Assembly: GCA_964632485.1 (NCBI GenBank)
Contig: CAZWDO010000027.1
Coordinates: forward strand, 1-43,257
From: an uncultured bacterium
GTDB taxonomy: Bacteria; JAGOEH01
DNA length: 43,257 nt
Direction: 5' to 3'
Positions within the stretch are counted from its first letter, which is position 1. Every line of letters starts with the position of its first letter. Below the pieces are notes generated by a model, which was not told where the DNA came from, did not search any database, and saw only the letters and a program-made list of their open reading frames with translations. The position numbers and the translations under genes were made by a program. Below are positions 20,736 through 31,298 of this stretch, in pieces.

Positions 20736-22097
20736 ATGAGCAGGGAAAAAAACATTCAGGAAATTCAGGAAAAGATTCAAAATCGCCGGGCAGTTGTATT
20801 AACAGCGTCTGAAATGAAAATGTATATTCGTGAAAAAGGGGTAGCTGAAGCAGCCAAAAAAGTGGACGTTGTAACAACTGGAACATTTGGCGCGATGTGT
20901 TCATCGGGTGTGTTTATGAATTTTGGCCACAACGATCCTCCGTTGAAAATGGAGCGAATCTCCTTAAACGGAGTTAAAGCGTATGGCGGTATTGCGGCAG
21001 TGGATGCGTATCTCGGTGTAACAGAACAATCCAAGAGCCGGGGAAGCTCTTATGGAGGCGCTCATGTTATTGATGATCTGATCCGACATCGCCCGGTTTT
21101 ACTAAAAGCCAAAGGAAATGCAACGGATTGTTACCCCGGGAAAAGACTAAAAACCTGGATTGAATTAAAAAACCTGAATCAAGCTATCATGTTAAATCCA
21201 CGCAACGCTTACCAGCGCTATAATGCGGCGACCAATAGCGGAAATAAAACCTTGAATACTTATATGGGCAGACTATTGCCGCGTCTGCGCAATGTTACAT
21301 ATTCCGGCGCGGGCGAAATCTCCCCGATCAATAACGACCCTCACTTTAACAGCATGGGGATTGGAACTCGCATTTTTTTGGGCGGCGCGCAGGGGTATAT
21401 TGTCGGACCCGGTACGCAACACAGCCCGGGAACCGGTTTTGCAACCTTAATGGTTTCCGGAGACTTGAAAACTATGCGCAGTGAATTCATTCGCCCCTCC
21501 GTATTTAAAGGCTACGGCTGTACATTGTTTATTGGGATTGGTATTCCCATATTGATTCTCAACGAGGAAATTGCCTACCAAACAGCAGTATCCAACAATG
21601 AAATCATGGTGAATATTGTTGATTATAGTGTTCCCAGCCGGCAACGCCCCATTATTAAAAGTGATATATCATATACCGAACTGCAATCCGGAAGCGTTGA
21701 ATTGAATGGCAAGAAGGTTCCTACCGGCAGCATTTCGAGCCTCTATATGGCCCAGATAATATGCAAGGAGCTGAAGCAACAAATTTTATCGGGCGAGTTC
21801 CTTCCCACATCTGCCAGCGCGCCTATTGAAACGGAATCGCTGGCGCGTCCATTACATATCAACTCAGCGCCGGATCGTAAAACCAAGGAAATTGAAAAAT
21901 CGCTAAAATTAGTCAAAGATATCGCGCTTTATTGCGAACGGTGTATCCGTTGCGGACTCTGCGCGACGCTTTGTCCGGCAAAAGCGATAACCCATAAAAA
22001 AGATGAATTGCCCCAAATTGATCAGGGCCAGTGTCGTCATTGTTATGCTTGTTTTAAATTCTGCCCCATTGAATGCTATCACTCTCCACAATCATAA
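20736..22097 (+). CDS. L-aspartate semialdehyde sulfurtransferase (DUF39/COG1900 homocysteine biosynthesis enzyme) fused to a 2x[4Fe-4S] ferredoxin
   Basis: VDVVTTGTFGAMCSSG, YGGAHVI, TDCYP, NPRNAYQ, GIGTRIFLGGA; C-terminal CxxCxxCxxxCP twice. Confidence 0.88.
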   Translation: MSREKNIQEIQEKIQNRRAVVLTASEMKMYIREKGVAEAAKKVDVVTTGTFGAMCSSGVFMNFGHNDPPLKMERISLNGVKAYGGIAAVDAYLGVTEQSKSRGSSYGGAHVIDDLIRHRPVLLKAKGNATDCYPGKRLKTWIELKNLNQAIMLNPRNAYQRYNAATNSGNKTLNTYMGRLLPRLRNVTYSGAGEISPINNDPHFNSMGIGTRIFLGGAQGYIVGPGTQHSPGTGFATLMVSGDLKTMRSEFIRPSVFKGYGCTLFIGIGIPILILNEEIAYQTAVSNNEIMVNIVDYSVPSRQRPIIKSDISYTELQSGSVELNGKKVPTGSISSLYMAQIICKELKQQILSGEFLPTSASAPIETESLARPLHINSAPDRKTKEIEKSLKLVKDIALYCERCIRCGLCATLCPAKAITHKKDELPQIDQGQCRHCYACFKFCPIECYHSPQS

Positions 22098-22100
22098 AAG

Positions 22101-22817
22101 ATGATCTCACCCCATCGAGTGCAAATCGGGCAAACCATCGCCAATCTCTGGACCCCGCCGGAGTACCTGCCATCCGCAAATAAATCCATTTGCCATCTCA
22201 GACAATCAGTGGCGGATTATATCCGGCGCCACCCGGAGTTTTATTATACCTTGAAACCCTTCCCGGACAGCGGCGACTGTAAAAGCGAAATCATCCGCCG
22301 GATGATCGATGCCGCCGCATTGGCCCAAGTAGGTCCCATGGCTGCTGTTGCCGGCGTTATTGCCGATATTGTTGTCCATGATCTGGTAGAACAGGGCGCT
22401 CCCTATGCTATTATGGACAATGGGGGGGACATTGCCCTGTATTTAGCCGAACCGATTACCATCGGACTTTATACTGGAAGAACGGTGAGTACCGGTATCG
22501 GGTTACGCATTGAACAGTGCGGACGGTTTTTTGCGCTATGCACATCATCGCGCGTGATCGGCCATTCCCTGAGTTTCGGTATAACCGATTGCGCTTCAAT
22601 ATGGGCGAATGATGGCGCTGTCGCCGATGCATTCGCCACAGCCCTCGGTAACGCATTGACTTCCCCAGAAATCCACTCGCTGCAAGATACTCTCAATAAA
22701 TTTCTTGATTACCCGATTCTGGGGTGCATTGCTGTCATTCAACAGCAAATCGGATTCGCCGGAGAGCTTCCTGAGTTTTGTGAAGCCGAAATTGATTCTT
22801 CACTCATTGCCCAATAA
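22101..22817 (+). CDS. UPF0280/COG2122 ApbE-like protein
   Basis: VGPMAAVAG, DNGGDIA, CTSS..IGHSLSFG, ADAFATALGN. Confidence 0.88.
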   Translation: MISPHRVQIGQTIANLWTPPEYLPSANKSICHLRQSVADYIRRHPEFYYTLKPFPDSGDCKSEIIRRMIDAAALAQVGPMAAVAGVIADIVVHDLVEQGAPYAIMDNGGDIALYLAEPITIGLYTGRTVSTGIGLRIEQCGRFFALCTSSRVIGHSLSFGITDCASIWANDGAVADAFATALGNALTSPEIHSLQDTLNKFLDYPILGCIAVIQQQIGFAGELPEFCEAEIDSSLIAQ

Positions 22818-22826
22818 GGAGAACCC

Positions 22827-24194
22827 ATGAAAGTTATGAAGTTTGGCGGCGCCAGTCTGCGCGATAAACAAACAGTTTTAACGACAGCCCGAACCATCAT
22901 AGAACAAAAAGGCGATCGGGCTGTCGTTCTCTCTGCTCTGTTCGGAATTACGGATTTTTTAGAAAAAGCAATTGATTTGGCCCGTCAGAACGAGGCCAAT
23001 ATTAAAACCTCAATTGATGAATTCCGACACCGCCATCATATAGTCGCCTCACAGTGTATCGAAGAGATTAATATTTTAAAAGCTACCTTACGCCATGTGG
23101 ACGAACGCATCGAAAAACTGGAGCGCTTGCTGTACGGAGTTGCTTATACCGAAGAGATCACTAAAAAAGTTAATGCGTTGATCCTCAGTTTCGGCGAACG
23201 TCTGGCCGTTGTGATCATGGCCGGGATACTTCAATCCCAGGGCTGTCAGTCGGAGTTCATGGAATCCGATAAAATCGGTGTCATCTCTGACAATTCTTAT
23301 GATAATGCATCGGCCATTTTGCCACTGGTTAAAGACAATCTGCAAAAAAATGTCATTCCAAAAATCAAGGATAAAATTATACCCATCATCACCGGATTTT
23401 TTGGTCGTAATCAGGAAGGGAAAGTAACCCTCTTCGGTCGTAATAGTTCTGATTATTCGGCGGCAGTAATTGCTCACGGATTACAAGCCACCTGTCTGGA
23501 AATCTGGAAAGATGTGGATGGATTCATGAGCGCTGATCCCAAACTGGTGGCGAATGCCTTTTTAATTGAGCATCTCTCGTATGAAGAAGCCGCCGAACTT
23601 TCATATTTCGGAGCAAAAATCCTACATCCTCGAACCGTGGAACCTCTCCGTCCCCACCTCACTCCCATCATCATCCGCAATCTGCATAATCCACAAAACA
23701 CAGGCACCGAGATTGGACCCGAAGCGCGCCATCTCGAGTCAATCATTAAAAGTGTCACCTACAACAAACAGATATCCGTTTTAAAGGTCCGTGGCGCGGG
23801 TGTTGGCTATAAACCCGGAGTCATCTCGGAAATCGGTTCGCTGCTCGGAAACCTCGGAATTAATATATATTCGATCATCACCTCCCAAACCTGTATTAAT
23901 TTATTAATCGACCGTAAAGATTCTGCCGCGAGTTATCAAGCTCTTCTTTCTCTGGGAGAAGGTGTTATCGATACTATCGATCATCAGGATGACCAGGTTG
24001 TTGTTGCTGTTGTTGGAACAGGTCTCGATTATACTCCGGGATTGGCCGCTAAAGTGTTCCAGGCAGTTGCCAACGAAGGCGTTAACATTGAAATGATCTC
24101 TTCCGGCGCTTCTTTGGTCGCCACCTATTTTATAGTAAAGGATTCCTATTTATCAACTGCCGTTAATGCCGTTCATCGGGCGTTCTTTGATTAA
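22827..24194 (+). CDS. Monofunctional aspartate kinase with two ACT domains
   Basis: KFGGAS, SFGERL, GRNSSDYSA, DVDG..ADP, EAAELSYFGAKILHP; AAGGAG RBS. Confidence 0.92.
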   Translation: MKVMKFGGASLRDKQTVLTTARTIIEQKGDRAVVLSALFGITDFLEKAIDLARQNEANIKTSIDEFRHRHHIVASQCIEEINILKATLRHVDERIEKLERLLYGVAYTEEITKKVNALILSFGERLAVVIMAGILQSQGCQSEFMESDKIGVISDNSYDNASAILPLVKDNLQKNVIPKIKDKIIPIITGFFGRNQEGKVTLFGRNSSDYSAAVIAHGLQATCLEIWKDVDGFMSADPKLVANAFLIEHLSYEEAAELSYFGAKILHPRTVEPLRPHLTPIIIRNLHNPQNTGTEIGPEARHLESIIKSVTYNKQISVLKVRGAGVGYKPGVISEIGSLLGNLGINIYSIITSQTCINLLIDRKDSAASYQALLSLGEGVIDTIDHQDDQVVVAVVGTGLDYTPGLAAKVFQAVANEGVNIEMISSGASLVATYFIVKDSYLSTAVNAVHRAFFD

Positions 24195-24404
24195 CACCCT
24201 TGGGATCAGGCGCTACGAGCAATCGAACATTGACTCCCTCTATTCGCGCAGACGTTGCATAGAGAGAACCCGTTAAATCTATTGCCCGGGAAACCCGACA
24301 ATTTTGGAGAAGACTTTTTATTAAGCGATTAGTAATAAAAATCAACCGTCGTCTGTATAATATTCAATTGAATCGGACTTGCCTAAGAAAAGAAGGTGAG
24401 AATC

Positions 24405-26867
24405 ATGGAAAAATTACTTAAATTTGGGGGAACCTCAGTCGGAACTCCCCAAAATATTTTGAAAATTTGTGAAATTTTGAAAACCTATCCTGCCCGGCGA
24501 TTCAGTATCGTTGTTTCAGCTTTTGGCGGTGTTACCGATACTCTGATCGTTCTCGGCAAACAAGCCGAACAGGGCGATACCGCTTATCAACGCGGATTTG
24601 AACTGATTGGTAAACGACACCGGGAAGCCATTGACGTTCTATTAGCCACGAACCAATCGATCCAACAAGAACTGTTCAATTATCTTGAATCGATTCTGAA
24701 TGAACTGCATGACCTGCTGCATGGTGTTTTTCTATTAAAGGAACTCTCTTTGCGCAGTCTCGATTTATTGATGAGTTTTGGCGAACGTTTATCATCCCGC
24801 ATTATTGCCGCTGCGCTAACCGTCCAGGGCATCCCCGCGCAATTTCTCGATACACGCGATTTAGTGATAACGGACGAACATTTCGGTAACGCCCGTGTGG
24901 ATTGGAAAACAACTCGGCACCGAATTGTCAACTATTTTAAGGACGTGAATAGTTGTCAAGTGATCACTGGTTTTATCGGCGCCACGAAGCAGAATGAAAC
25001 CACGACCCTGGGGCGCGGCGGTTCCGATTATACGGCCTCTCTCTTCGGGGCCGCTCTGGAAGTGTCTGAAATTGAGATTTGGACCGATGTGGATGGCATC
25101 ATGACAGCGGATCCCCGAAAGGTTGCTAAGGCGTTCCCAATGTCGCAAATTACCTACGAAGAAGCGATGGAAATGTCACATTTCGGCGCAAAAGTCATTC
25201 ATCCCCCCACAATTCAACCGGCGCGTGAATTGGGCATCTCCCTTCGAATTAAAAACACATTCAACCCCTTGTTCCCCGGCACCCTGATTACCACTCAGAA
25301 TATAACAAAAGAGTATTCGGTTAAAGGAATTTCATCGATTACAAACATCGCCCTGCTCAGAGTTCAGGGTAGCGGGATGATCGGTGTCGCCGGTATTGCC
25401 ATGCGTTTATTTTCGGCATTAGCCCAAAAAAAAATCAATATTATTCTCATTACCCAGGCTTCCTCAGAACATTCAATATGTATCGCTGTCGCCCCTCATC
25501 ATGCTGATTTGGCTTGTGATACTATTAGCGAAGAATTTAAACTGGAACTCAATGCTCATCAAATTGATCCAGTCAAAGTCGAAGACCAGCTCTCGATTAT
25601 CGCCATTGTCGGTGAAAACATGAAACGTACCCCCGGAATCTCGGGACGATTATTCCAGGCCCTCGGAAAAAACGGGATTAACGTAGTCGCTATCGCCCAG
25701 GGTTCCACTGAACTTAACATCTCGGTGGTTGTCACTGTAGCCGATGAGAATAAAGCTCTTAATGCGATTCATGATGCGTTTTTCCTCTCTGATACTAAAA
25801 CCATTAATTTATTCATGGTCGGTTGCGGGTTGATCGGTAAAACACTGCTCTCTCAGATTCAAGCGCAGACTCCGATACTACGAACTAACCATAAAATGGA
25901 AATTCGCCTGATCGGCCTGGCCAACACCAAAAAAATGATTTTTAATGAGAAAGGGATCCCGCTGGATCACTGCTGCCAGCAGTTGTCATCCGGAGAAGAA
26001 CCTTCACTGCTGCGGGAATTTATCGACAATATGATCTTCCTCAATATGCCCAATTCGATTTTTATCGATTGCACGGCAGGGGAAGATGTTATCCCCTATT
26101 ACAATTCTATACTTTCCGCGAGCATTTCCCTGGTAACACCCAACAAGATCGCTAACAGCAGTTCCATGGATATTTATCGGCAGCTTAAAACAAGCGCCCA
26201 GAAGCATAACGTCAAGTTTTATTATGAAACCAATGTTGGCGCGGGATTACCGATTATCAGTACCCTCAATGACCTGCTGGCAAGCGGTGATAATATTGAA
26301 CGGATCGAAGCCATTTTATCGGGAACGATCAGTTATATTTTCAATAATTATACAGGGACCACCAGTTTCGCCGGATTGGTTCGCCAGGCTCAAGAATTGG
26401 GACTGACAGAGCCGGACCCGCGTGATGATTTGAGCGCGCTGGATGCTGCCCGGAAATCCTTGATTCTGGCCCGTGAAATGGGCTGGCAATTGGAACTTAA
26501 AGATATTGTCATTGAATCTATCGCGCCCCGGGAGATTATGCAAAGTGAATCATTGGATGTTTTTTATGACGCTCTTGAAAAAAATGATGCTCATTTTAAA
26601 AACCAGTTAACCGCTGCTCAGAAGGAAAACAAAGTTCTGCGCTATATCTCCGTTCTGGCCGATGGGGAGGCCCGTCTGCAGCTGACCGCCGTGGAACCCG
26701 GCCACCCCTTTTATCATCTTGATGGCAGCGACAACATGATCGTTTTCTTTACTTCCCGCTATAAAGAGCGGCCGTTAGTCGTTCGAGGACCCGGCGCCGG
26801 GGCTGAAGTGACGGCGGCGGGAGTATTCGCCGATATCTTAAAAATTGCGCGTTATATTTCAAAATAA
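24405..26867 (+). CDS. thrA: Bifunctional aspartokinase/homoserine dehydrogenase I
   Basis: KFGGTS, GRGGSD, ACT domains, GCGLIG, YETNVGAGLP, EPDPRDDL, GPGAGAEVTA; ATG 24405 follows AAGGTG. Confidence 0.96.
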   Translation: MEKLLKFGGTSVGTPQNILKICEILKTYPARRFSIVVSAFGGVTDTLIVLGKQAEQGDTAYQRGFELIGKRHREAIDVLLATNQSIQQELFNYLESILNELHDLLHGVFLLKELSLRSLDLLMSFGERLSSRIIAAALTVQGIPAQFLDTRDLVITDEHFGNARVDWKTTRHRIVNYFKDVNSCQVITGFIGATKQNETTTLGRGGSDYTASLFGAALEVSEIEIWTDVDGIMTADPRKVAKAFPMSQITYEEAMEMSHFGAKVIHPPTIQPARELGISLRIKNTFNPLFPGTLITTQNITKEYSVKGISSITNIALLRVQGSGMIGVAGIAMRLFSALAQKKINIILITQASSEHSICIAVAPHHADLACDTISEEFKLELNAHQIDPVKVEDQLSIIAIVGENMKRTPGISGRLFQALGKNGINVVAIAQGSTELNISVVVTVADENKALNAIHDAFFLSDTKTINLFMVGCGLIGKTLLSQIQAQTPILRTNHKMEIRLIGLANTKKMIFNEKGIPLDHCCQQLSSGEEPSLLREFIDNMIFLNMPNSIFIDCTAGEDVIPYYNSILSASISLVTPNKIANSSSMDIYRQLKTSAQKHNVKFYYETNVGAGLPIISTLNDLLASGDNIERIEAILSGTISYIFNNYTGTTSFAGLVRQAQELGLTEPDPRDDLSALDAARKSLILAREMGWQLELKDIVIESIAPREIMQSESLDVFYDALEKNDAHFKNQLTAAQKENKVLRYISVLADGEARLQLTAVEPGHPFYHLDGSDNMIVFFTSRYKERPLVVRGPGAGAEVTAAGVFADILKIARYISK

Positions 26868-26883
26868 GAAAGGATGTGATCCC

Positions 26884-27936
26884 ATGAGAGAAAAAAAAAT
26901 ACCGGTCGGGATACTGGGCGCCACAGGCAGTGTCGGACAAAAATTCATTGAATTACTGAACGGGCATCCCTGGTTCGAGATTACGGTACTAGCGGCTTCG
27001 GAACGTTCGGCCGGTAAAATCTATGGAGAAGCGGTCAATTGGTTCATGAGCTCTCCCCTACCAGCATCCATTGCCGCCATGGAAGTCAAGCCGTGTGTAC
27101 CCGTGGATTTTCCCTGTCGCATCGTTTTCTCCGGTCTCGACGCCAGCGTGGCGGGGGAAATTGAAACTGAATTCGCCCAAGCTGGTTACTGGGTCGTTTC
27201 CAATTCCCGTAACCACCGCTTTGATACAGATGTCCCTCTTTTAATTCCTGAAATTAACGCTGATCACCTGGCCCTGATTAAACACCAGAAATACGAGCAG
27301 GGAGCCATTATCACCAATCCTAATTGTTCAACCATCGGAATGACCATTGCATTGAAACCCTTGTTCGATGCCTTTGGGATTGATGCATTGCAAGTATTTA
27401 CCATGCAAGCCCTTTCCGGCGCCGGTTATCCGGGAGTCCCCAGTTTGGATATTATCGATAACGTTATCCCTTTTATTAAAAGCGAAGAAGAAAAAATGGA
27501 AAGTGAACCTCTGAAAATATTGGGGAAACTGAGGAATGATCATATAGAAAACGCTCAAATGGCAATCAGCGCGCATTGCAACCGCGTAGCCGTAGTAGAT
27601 GGCCATACTGAATGCGTGTCAGTAAAATTTAGTAAACCCGTTGACCCTGAAGATATTATACGGATATGGCGGGAATTCCGCGGAGTTCCTCAACACTTGA
27701 ATCTGCCCAGCGCTCCCATTCAACCCATATACTATTTTGATGAAGACCGCTATCCGCAACCGCGACTACATCGAATGCTGGATAAAGGAATGGCGGTCGC
27801 TGTTGGGCGTTTACGGAAATGTTCCATCATGGATTACAAATTTGTCTTGCTTTCTCACAATACGATCCGCGGCGCTGCCGGAGGGGCAATTCTGAATGCG
27901 GAGTTACTGATTGAACAAGGTTATCTTGATGTCTGA
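26884..27936 (+). CDS. asd: Aspartate-semialdehyde dehydrogenase (archaeal/fungal-like type)
   Basis: GATGSVGQ, NPNCST, QALSGAG, GHTE, HNTIRGAAG; ATG 26884 after AAGGA. Confidence 0.95.
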   Translation: MREKKIPVGILGATGSVGQKFIELLNGHPWFEITVLAASERSAGKIYGEAVNWFMSSPLPASIAAMEVKPCVPVDFPCRIVFSGLDASVAGEIETEFAQAGYWVVSNSRNHRFDTDVPLLIPEINADHLALIKHQKYEQGAIITNPNCSTIGMTIALKPLFDAFGIDALQVFTMQALSGAGYPGVPSLDIIDNVIPFIKSEEEKMESEPLKILGKLRNDHIENAQMAISAHCNRVAVVDGHTECVSVKFSKPVDPEDIIRIWREFRGVPQHLNLPSAPIQPIYYFDEDRYPQPRLHRMLDKGMAVAVGRLRKCSIMDYKFVLLSHNTIRGAAGGAILNAELLIEQGYLDV

Positions 27937-28861
27937 GAAAAGCGTGGAAGTGTTTGCTCCGGCAACAGTCGCTAATGTAGCATGCGGCTTCGATGTACTT
28001 GGATTCGCTTTGGAAAAACCCGGGGATCGGGTCATTGCCCGGCGATGCGATCGAAAAGGTGTCTATCTGAAATCGATCCATATTGAAAACGGCAAGCTAC
28101 CATTGGAAGTGGAAAAAAACAGCGCGGGAATGGCGGCGCTCAGTTTATGGCGCGCTGAAAACCCACCCTTTGGCATCGAACTTGAACTTTATAAGAATCT
28201 TCCTTTGGGAAGCGGTTTGGGATCCAGCGCCGCCAGTTCCGCCGCCGGGGTTGCGGCCGCCAATTTTTTACTGGAAAATCCTCTTCCCATCAAAGAATTA
28301 ATTCCATTTGCCATGGAAGGGGAACGCGTTGCCTGCGGTTCGGCGCATGCCGACAATGTCGCTCCCGCTCTTATCGGCGGTTTTACTCTCATCCGCAGCT
28401 ATGACCCGTTGGAAGTGATTTCCTTAGTTACCAAACTTACCCTCTACTGCTCCATCGTCATTCCGGATATCGAAATTAAAACCCAGGAAGCGCGAGCCAT
28501 TTTAAAACCAGAAATACCAATGGATCAAGCCATCCGGCAATGGGGCAATCTGGGAGCTCTGGTGGCAGGATTGCTCCAGGGAGATGTCGGACTCGTCGGA
28601 CGCTCTCTAACCGATCATGTGATCGAACATCAGCGGGCCATCCTGATTCCCCATTTCTCGGAAATTAAAACTGCCGCTTTGGAAAGCGGAGCTTTAGGCT
28701 GCTCAATCTCCGGTTCCGGACCTGCTATTTTTGCGCTCTCAGCTTCGGAAAGCCACGCAGATGAAATCGCTTCCGCTATGGCCCGGATATTCCATCAAAA
28801 CCATATTCCCTGCCGCCATTGGTCATCTCCAATCAATCAACACGGAATCAGCATTATTTAA
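27929..28861 (+). CDS. thrB: Homoserine kinase
   Basis: APATVANVACGFD, PLGSGLGSSAAS, HADNVAPA, ISGSGP. Confidence 0.95.
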   Translation: MSEKSVEVFAPATVANVACGFDVLGFALEKPGDRVIARRCDRKGVYLKSIHIENGKLPLEVEKNSAGMAALSLWRAENPPFGIELELYKNLPLGSGLGSSAASSAAGVAAANFLLENPLPIKELIPFAMEGERVACGSAHADNVAPALIGGFTLIRSYDPLEVISLVTKLTLYCSIVIPDIEIKTQEARAILKPEIPMDQAIRQWGNLGALVAGLLQGDVGLVGRSLTDHVIEHQRAILIPHFSEIKTAALESGALGCSISGSGPAIFALSASESHADEIASAMARIFHQNHIPCRHWSSPINQHGISII

Positions 28862-28874
28862 AAGGAACTTGTTT

Positions 28875-30188
28875 ATGCGCTATTATAGCACCAATCATAA
28901 AAGCCCGGTTGTTAGTTTCAAAGAAGCCGTATTAAAAGGATTACCGGACGATAACGGGCTTTATATGCCGGAGACCATTCCGCGACTTTCCCAGTCATTC
29001 TGGGATAATCTGAATCAGTTTAGTTTCACGGATATTGCCCGGGAAGTTGGCCGATTATGGATCGGGGACGAAATCCCCATAACGGAACTGGAACGAATCA
29101 TCCATACGGCTTTTGATTTTCCCATTCCCTTAATCCGGGTTGAAGAACATATCCATAGCCTTGAACTCTACCATGGACCAACGATGGCTTTCAAGGATTT
29201 CGGCGCCCGGTTCATGGCCTTAACCATGGAATATTTTGCGCGGCAACTCAATCAGAAGCTGGTCATCCTTGTAGCTACTTCAGGCGATACCGGTTCTGCC
29301 GTTGCGCATGGTTTTCTGGGTCAACCCCATATTGATGTGGTTATCCTTTATCCCGGCAAAAAAATCAGCCTGCTCCAGGAAAAACAATTGACGACACTGG
29401 GCCATAATATCAAAGCATTAGAAATTAATGGTACGTTTGACGATTGTCAAAAATTAGTTAAAGACGCTTTTTTGGATCCTGCCTTAAACACTAAAATCAG
29501 ATTGTCATCTGCAAATTCCATCAATATCGCGCGGCTGATCCCCCAAAGTTTTTACTATTTTTATGCCTGTCAGCAATTGAAATTGAAAAACATGGATTGT
29601 TCTCCGGTGATTTCCGTGCCCAGCGGCAATTTTGGTAATCTGACTGCCGCTTTGCTGGCCAAACAAATGGGACTGCCTGTCCACCACTTCATTGCTGCGA
29701 CCAATACCAATGATGTAGTGCCCTATTATCTGAACACTGGACGTTTTGCACCGCGTCCTTCTCAAAAAACCATTTCGAATGCCATGGATGTCGGGAATCC
29801 ATCCAACTTCGCCCGCATGGAGGATATCTATGGTAAAGAATTATCCCGGATGGAGATTGATATCAAAGGATATGCCTTTGATGACCAGGAAACCCGGGAA
29901 ACTCTGAAATCAGTCTGGCAGAAAACCGGTTATCTGATGGACCCCCACGGAACCGTGGGATATTTGGGATTAAGGCGATTCATAAGGGAAAATGATTACA
30001 CTGGCGAAAGCATTTTTGTCGAAACGGCGCATCCGGCAAAATTCCGGGAAATAGTGGAACCCCTCATCAATCAGCCCATCCCTTTACCCCCGCAATTGGC
30101 GCAGGTTATGGAAAAAGAAAAACATTCCATTCCCATGGAAAACGATTTTAATCAACTCAAAGAATTCCTTCTGGAAACCTACCCATGA
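28875..30188 (+). CDS. thrC: Threonine synthase
   Basis: MRYYST, HGPTMAFKDF, ATSGDTG, NSINIAR, VPSGNFG, TAHPAKF; ATG 28875 after AAGGA. Confidence 0.96.
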   Translation: MRYYSTNHKSPVVSFKEAVLKGLPDDNGLYMPETIPRLSQSFWDNLNQFSFTDIAREVGRLWIGDEIPITELERIIHTAFDFPIPLIRVEEHIHSLELYHGPTMAFKDFGARFMALTMEYFARQLNQKLVILVATSGDTGSAVAHGFLGQPHIDVVILYPGKKISLLQEKQLTTLGHNIKALEINGTFDDCQKLVKDAFLDPALNTKIRLSSANSINIARLIPQSFYYFYACQQLKLKNMDCSPVISVPSGNFGNLTAALLAKQMGLPVHHFIAATNTNDVVPYYLNTGRFAPRPSQKTISNAMDVGNPSNFARMEDIYGKELSRMEIDIKGYAFDDQETRETLKSVWQKTGYLMDPHGTVGYLGLRRFIRENDYTGESIFVETAHPAKFREIVEPLINQPIPLPPQLAQVMEKEKHSIPMENDFNQLKEFLLETYP

Positions 30189-30293
30189 TTTTTTTCACAG
30201 GGGATTTTGTTATAACAGTATGAATGAGCGTCATCCCAACACTCTACGGCGAAATAACCATTATTTCGTCAATTTGCAAGGAGCAGTTCCACT

Positions 30294-31238
30294 ATGCGTA
30301 ACACATTCCAAACCTTATGGTTGTTCATATTTGCCCTGATTTTTAGCTCTTCCCATTGTATTCCGGCGCCCGTTAAGCAAGAAATCAGCGCCCTCAAAAC
30401 TCTGCGGGAACAATTCGTCAAATATCCCATTCAGGATAACACCGATATAAATCTGTTATGGACCGATTACAACCAAATTGTCAATAAGTCTCCCTGGGGT
30501 AAAACCATCATTTTCGTGATCGGTAAAAATACAACCCCAAAATGCAACCGCGCGCAATTCTTTTTTATGCAATATAAGGATGATAAATGGATCGTAAGAT
30601 ACTATATAGCGGAAATCTATGGCGGATATGCCGGGTTCGCCCCGATCGGCGAAAAACGGGAAGGTGATGGTCGTACCCCCTCTGGTCTCTTTGCTTTAGG
30701 AGAACTTTTCACGAATCTTTCCTATTATCCCGAATTAGCGCCCTGGCAAGCTGAACTCAACCGCTTGGGATCACACTGTGGTAAATGTTATATCACCGAT
30801 GCCGATTCACTAAGTTGCTATGACGGTCATGTCAATGAAATATTGAAAATCGGAGATACCGCTCGTTACTTACCTCCAGGATTCTCGGGCAATGATTATC
30901 TGACTGCTCAGGGTGAAGTTATCAAATTTTTTCCGGGAGAACGATTGAGCTTTAAAGACTACAAACGCGTCAGCTTAATCAATTATAATTACGGTCCTGG
31001 CCGGGACATTGACAAAGGTAGCGCCATCCTATTCCATTTTGATGATGAAAAGCATCGCACAGCAGGTTGTTTGGCGCTCCCTCCCCAGAATATGGAAGAG
31101 GTTTTCCCCTTATTGTTCGCCGGATTACCGATTTTGATCGCTCCGGATTACGCCACGGCGTTCACTATCTCTCAAGAGAATAAACTACCTTCATTGTTAC
31201 AAACCGCTCTTGAAACATTACAACAAAAATATCCCTGA
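30294..31238 (+). CDS. L,D-transpeptidase (YkuD-like) family protein, exported
   Basis: KREGDGRTPSG and GSAILFH...TAGC catalytic motif; signal peptide; AAGGAG RBS. Confidence 0.75.
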   Translation: MRNTFQTLWLFIFALIFSSSHCIPAPVKQEISALKTLREQFVKYPIQDNTDINLLWTDYNQIVNKSPWGKTIIFVIGKNTTPKCNRAQFFFMQYKDDKWIVRYYIAEIYGGYAGFAPIGEKREGDGRTPSGLFALGELFTNLSYYPELAPWQAELNRLGSHCGKCYITDADSLSCYDGHVNEILKIGDTARYLPPGFSGNDYLTAQGEVIKFFPGERLSFKDYKRVSLINYNYGPGRDIDKGSAILFHFDDEKHRTAGCLALPPQNMEEVFPLLFAGLPILIAPDYATAFTISQENKLPSLLQTALETLQQKYP

Positions 31239-31298
31239 AACTGCTCAGAACACCCATCAGTTAGAATTCCGGTCTTTGGGCTGCCATCCATGGTTTAA

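Noticed and set aside
24163..24345. 60-aa minus-strand ORF or a thr leader peptide
   Set aside because: Wrong strand for attenuation, TTG start, no Thr/Ile run
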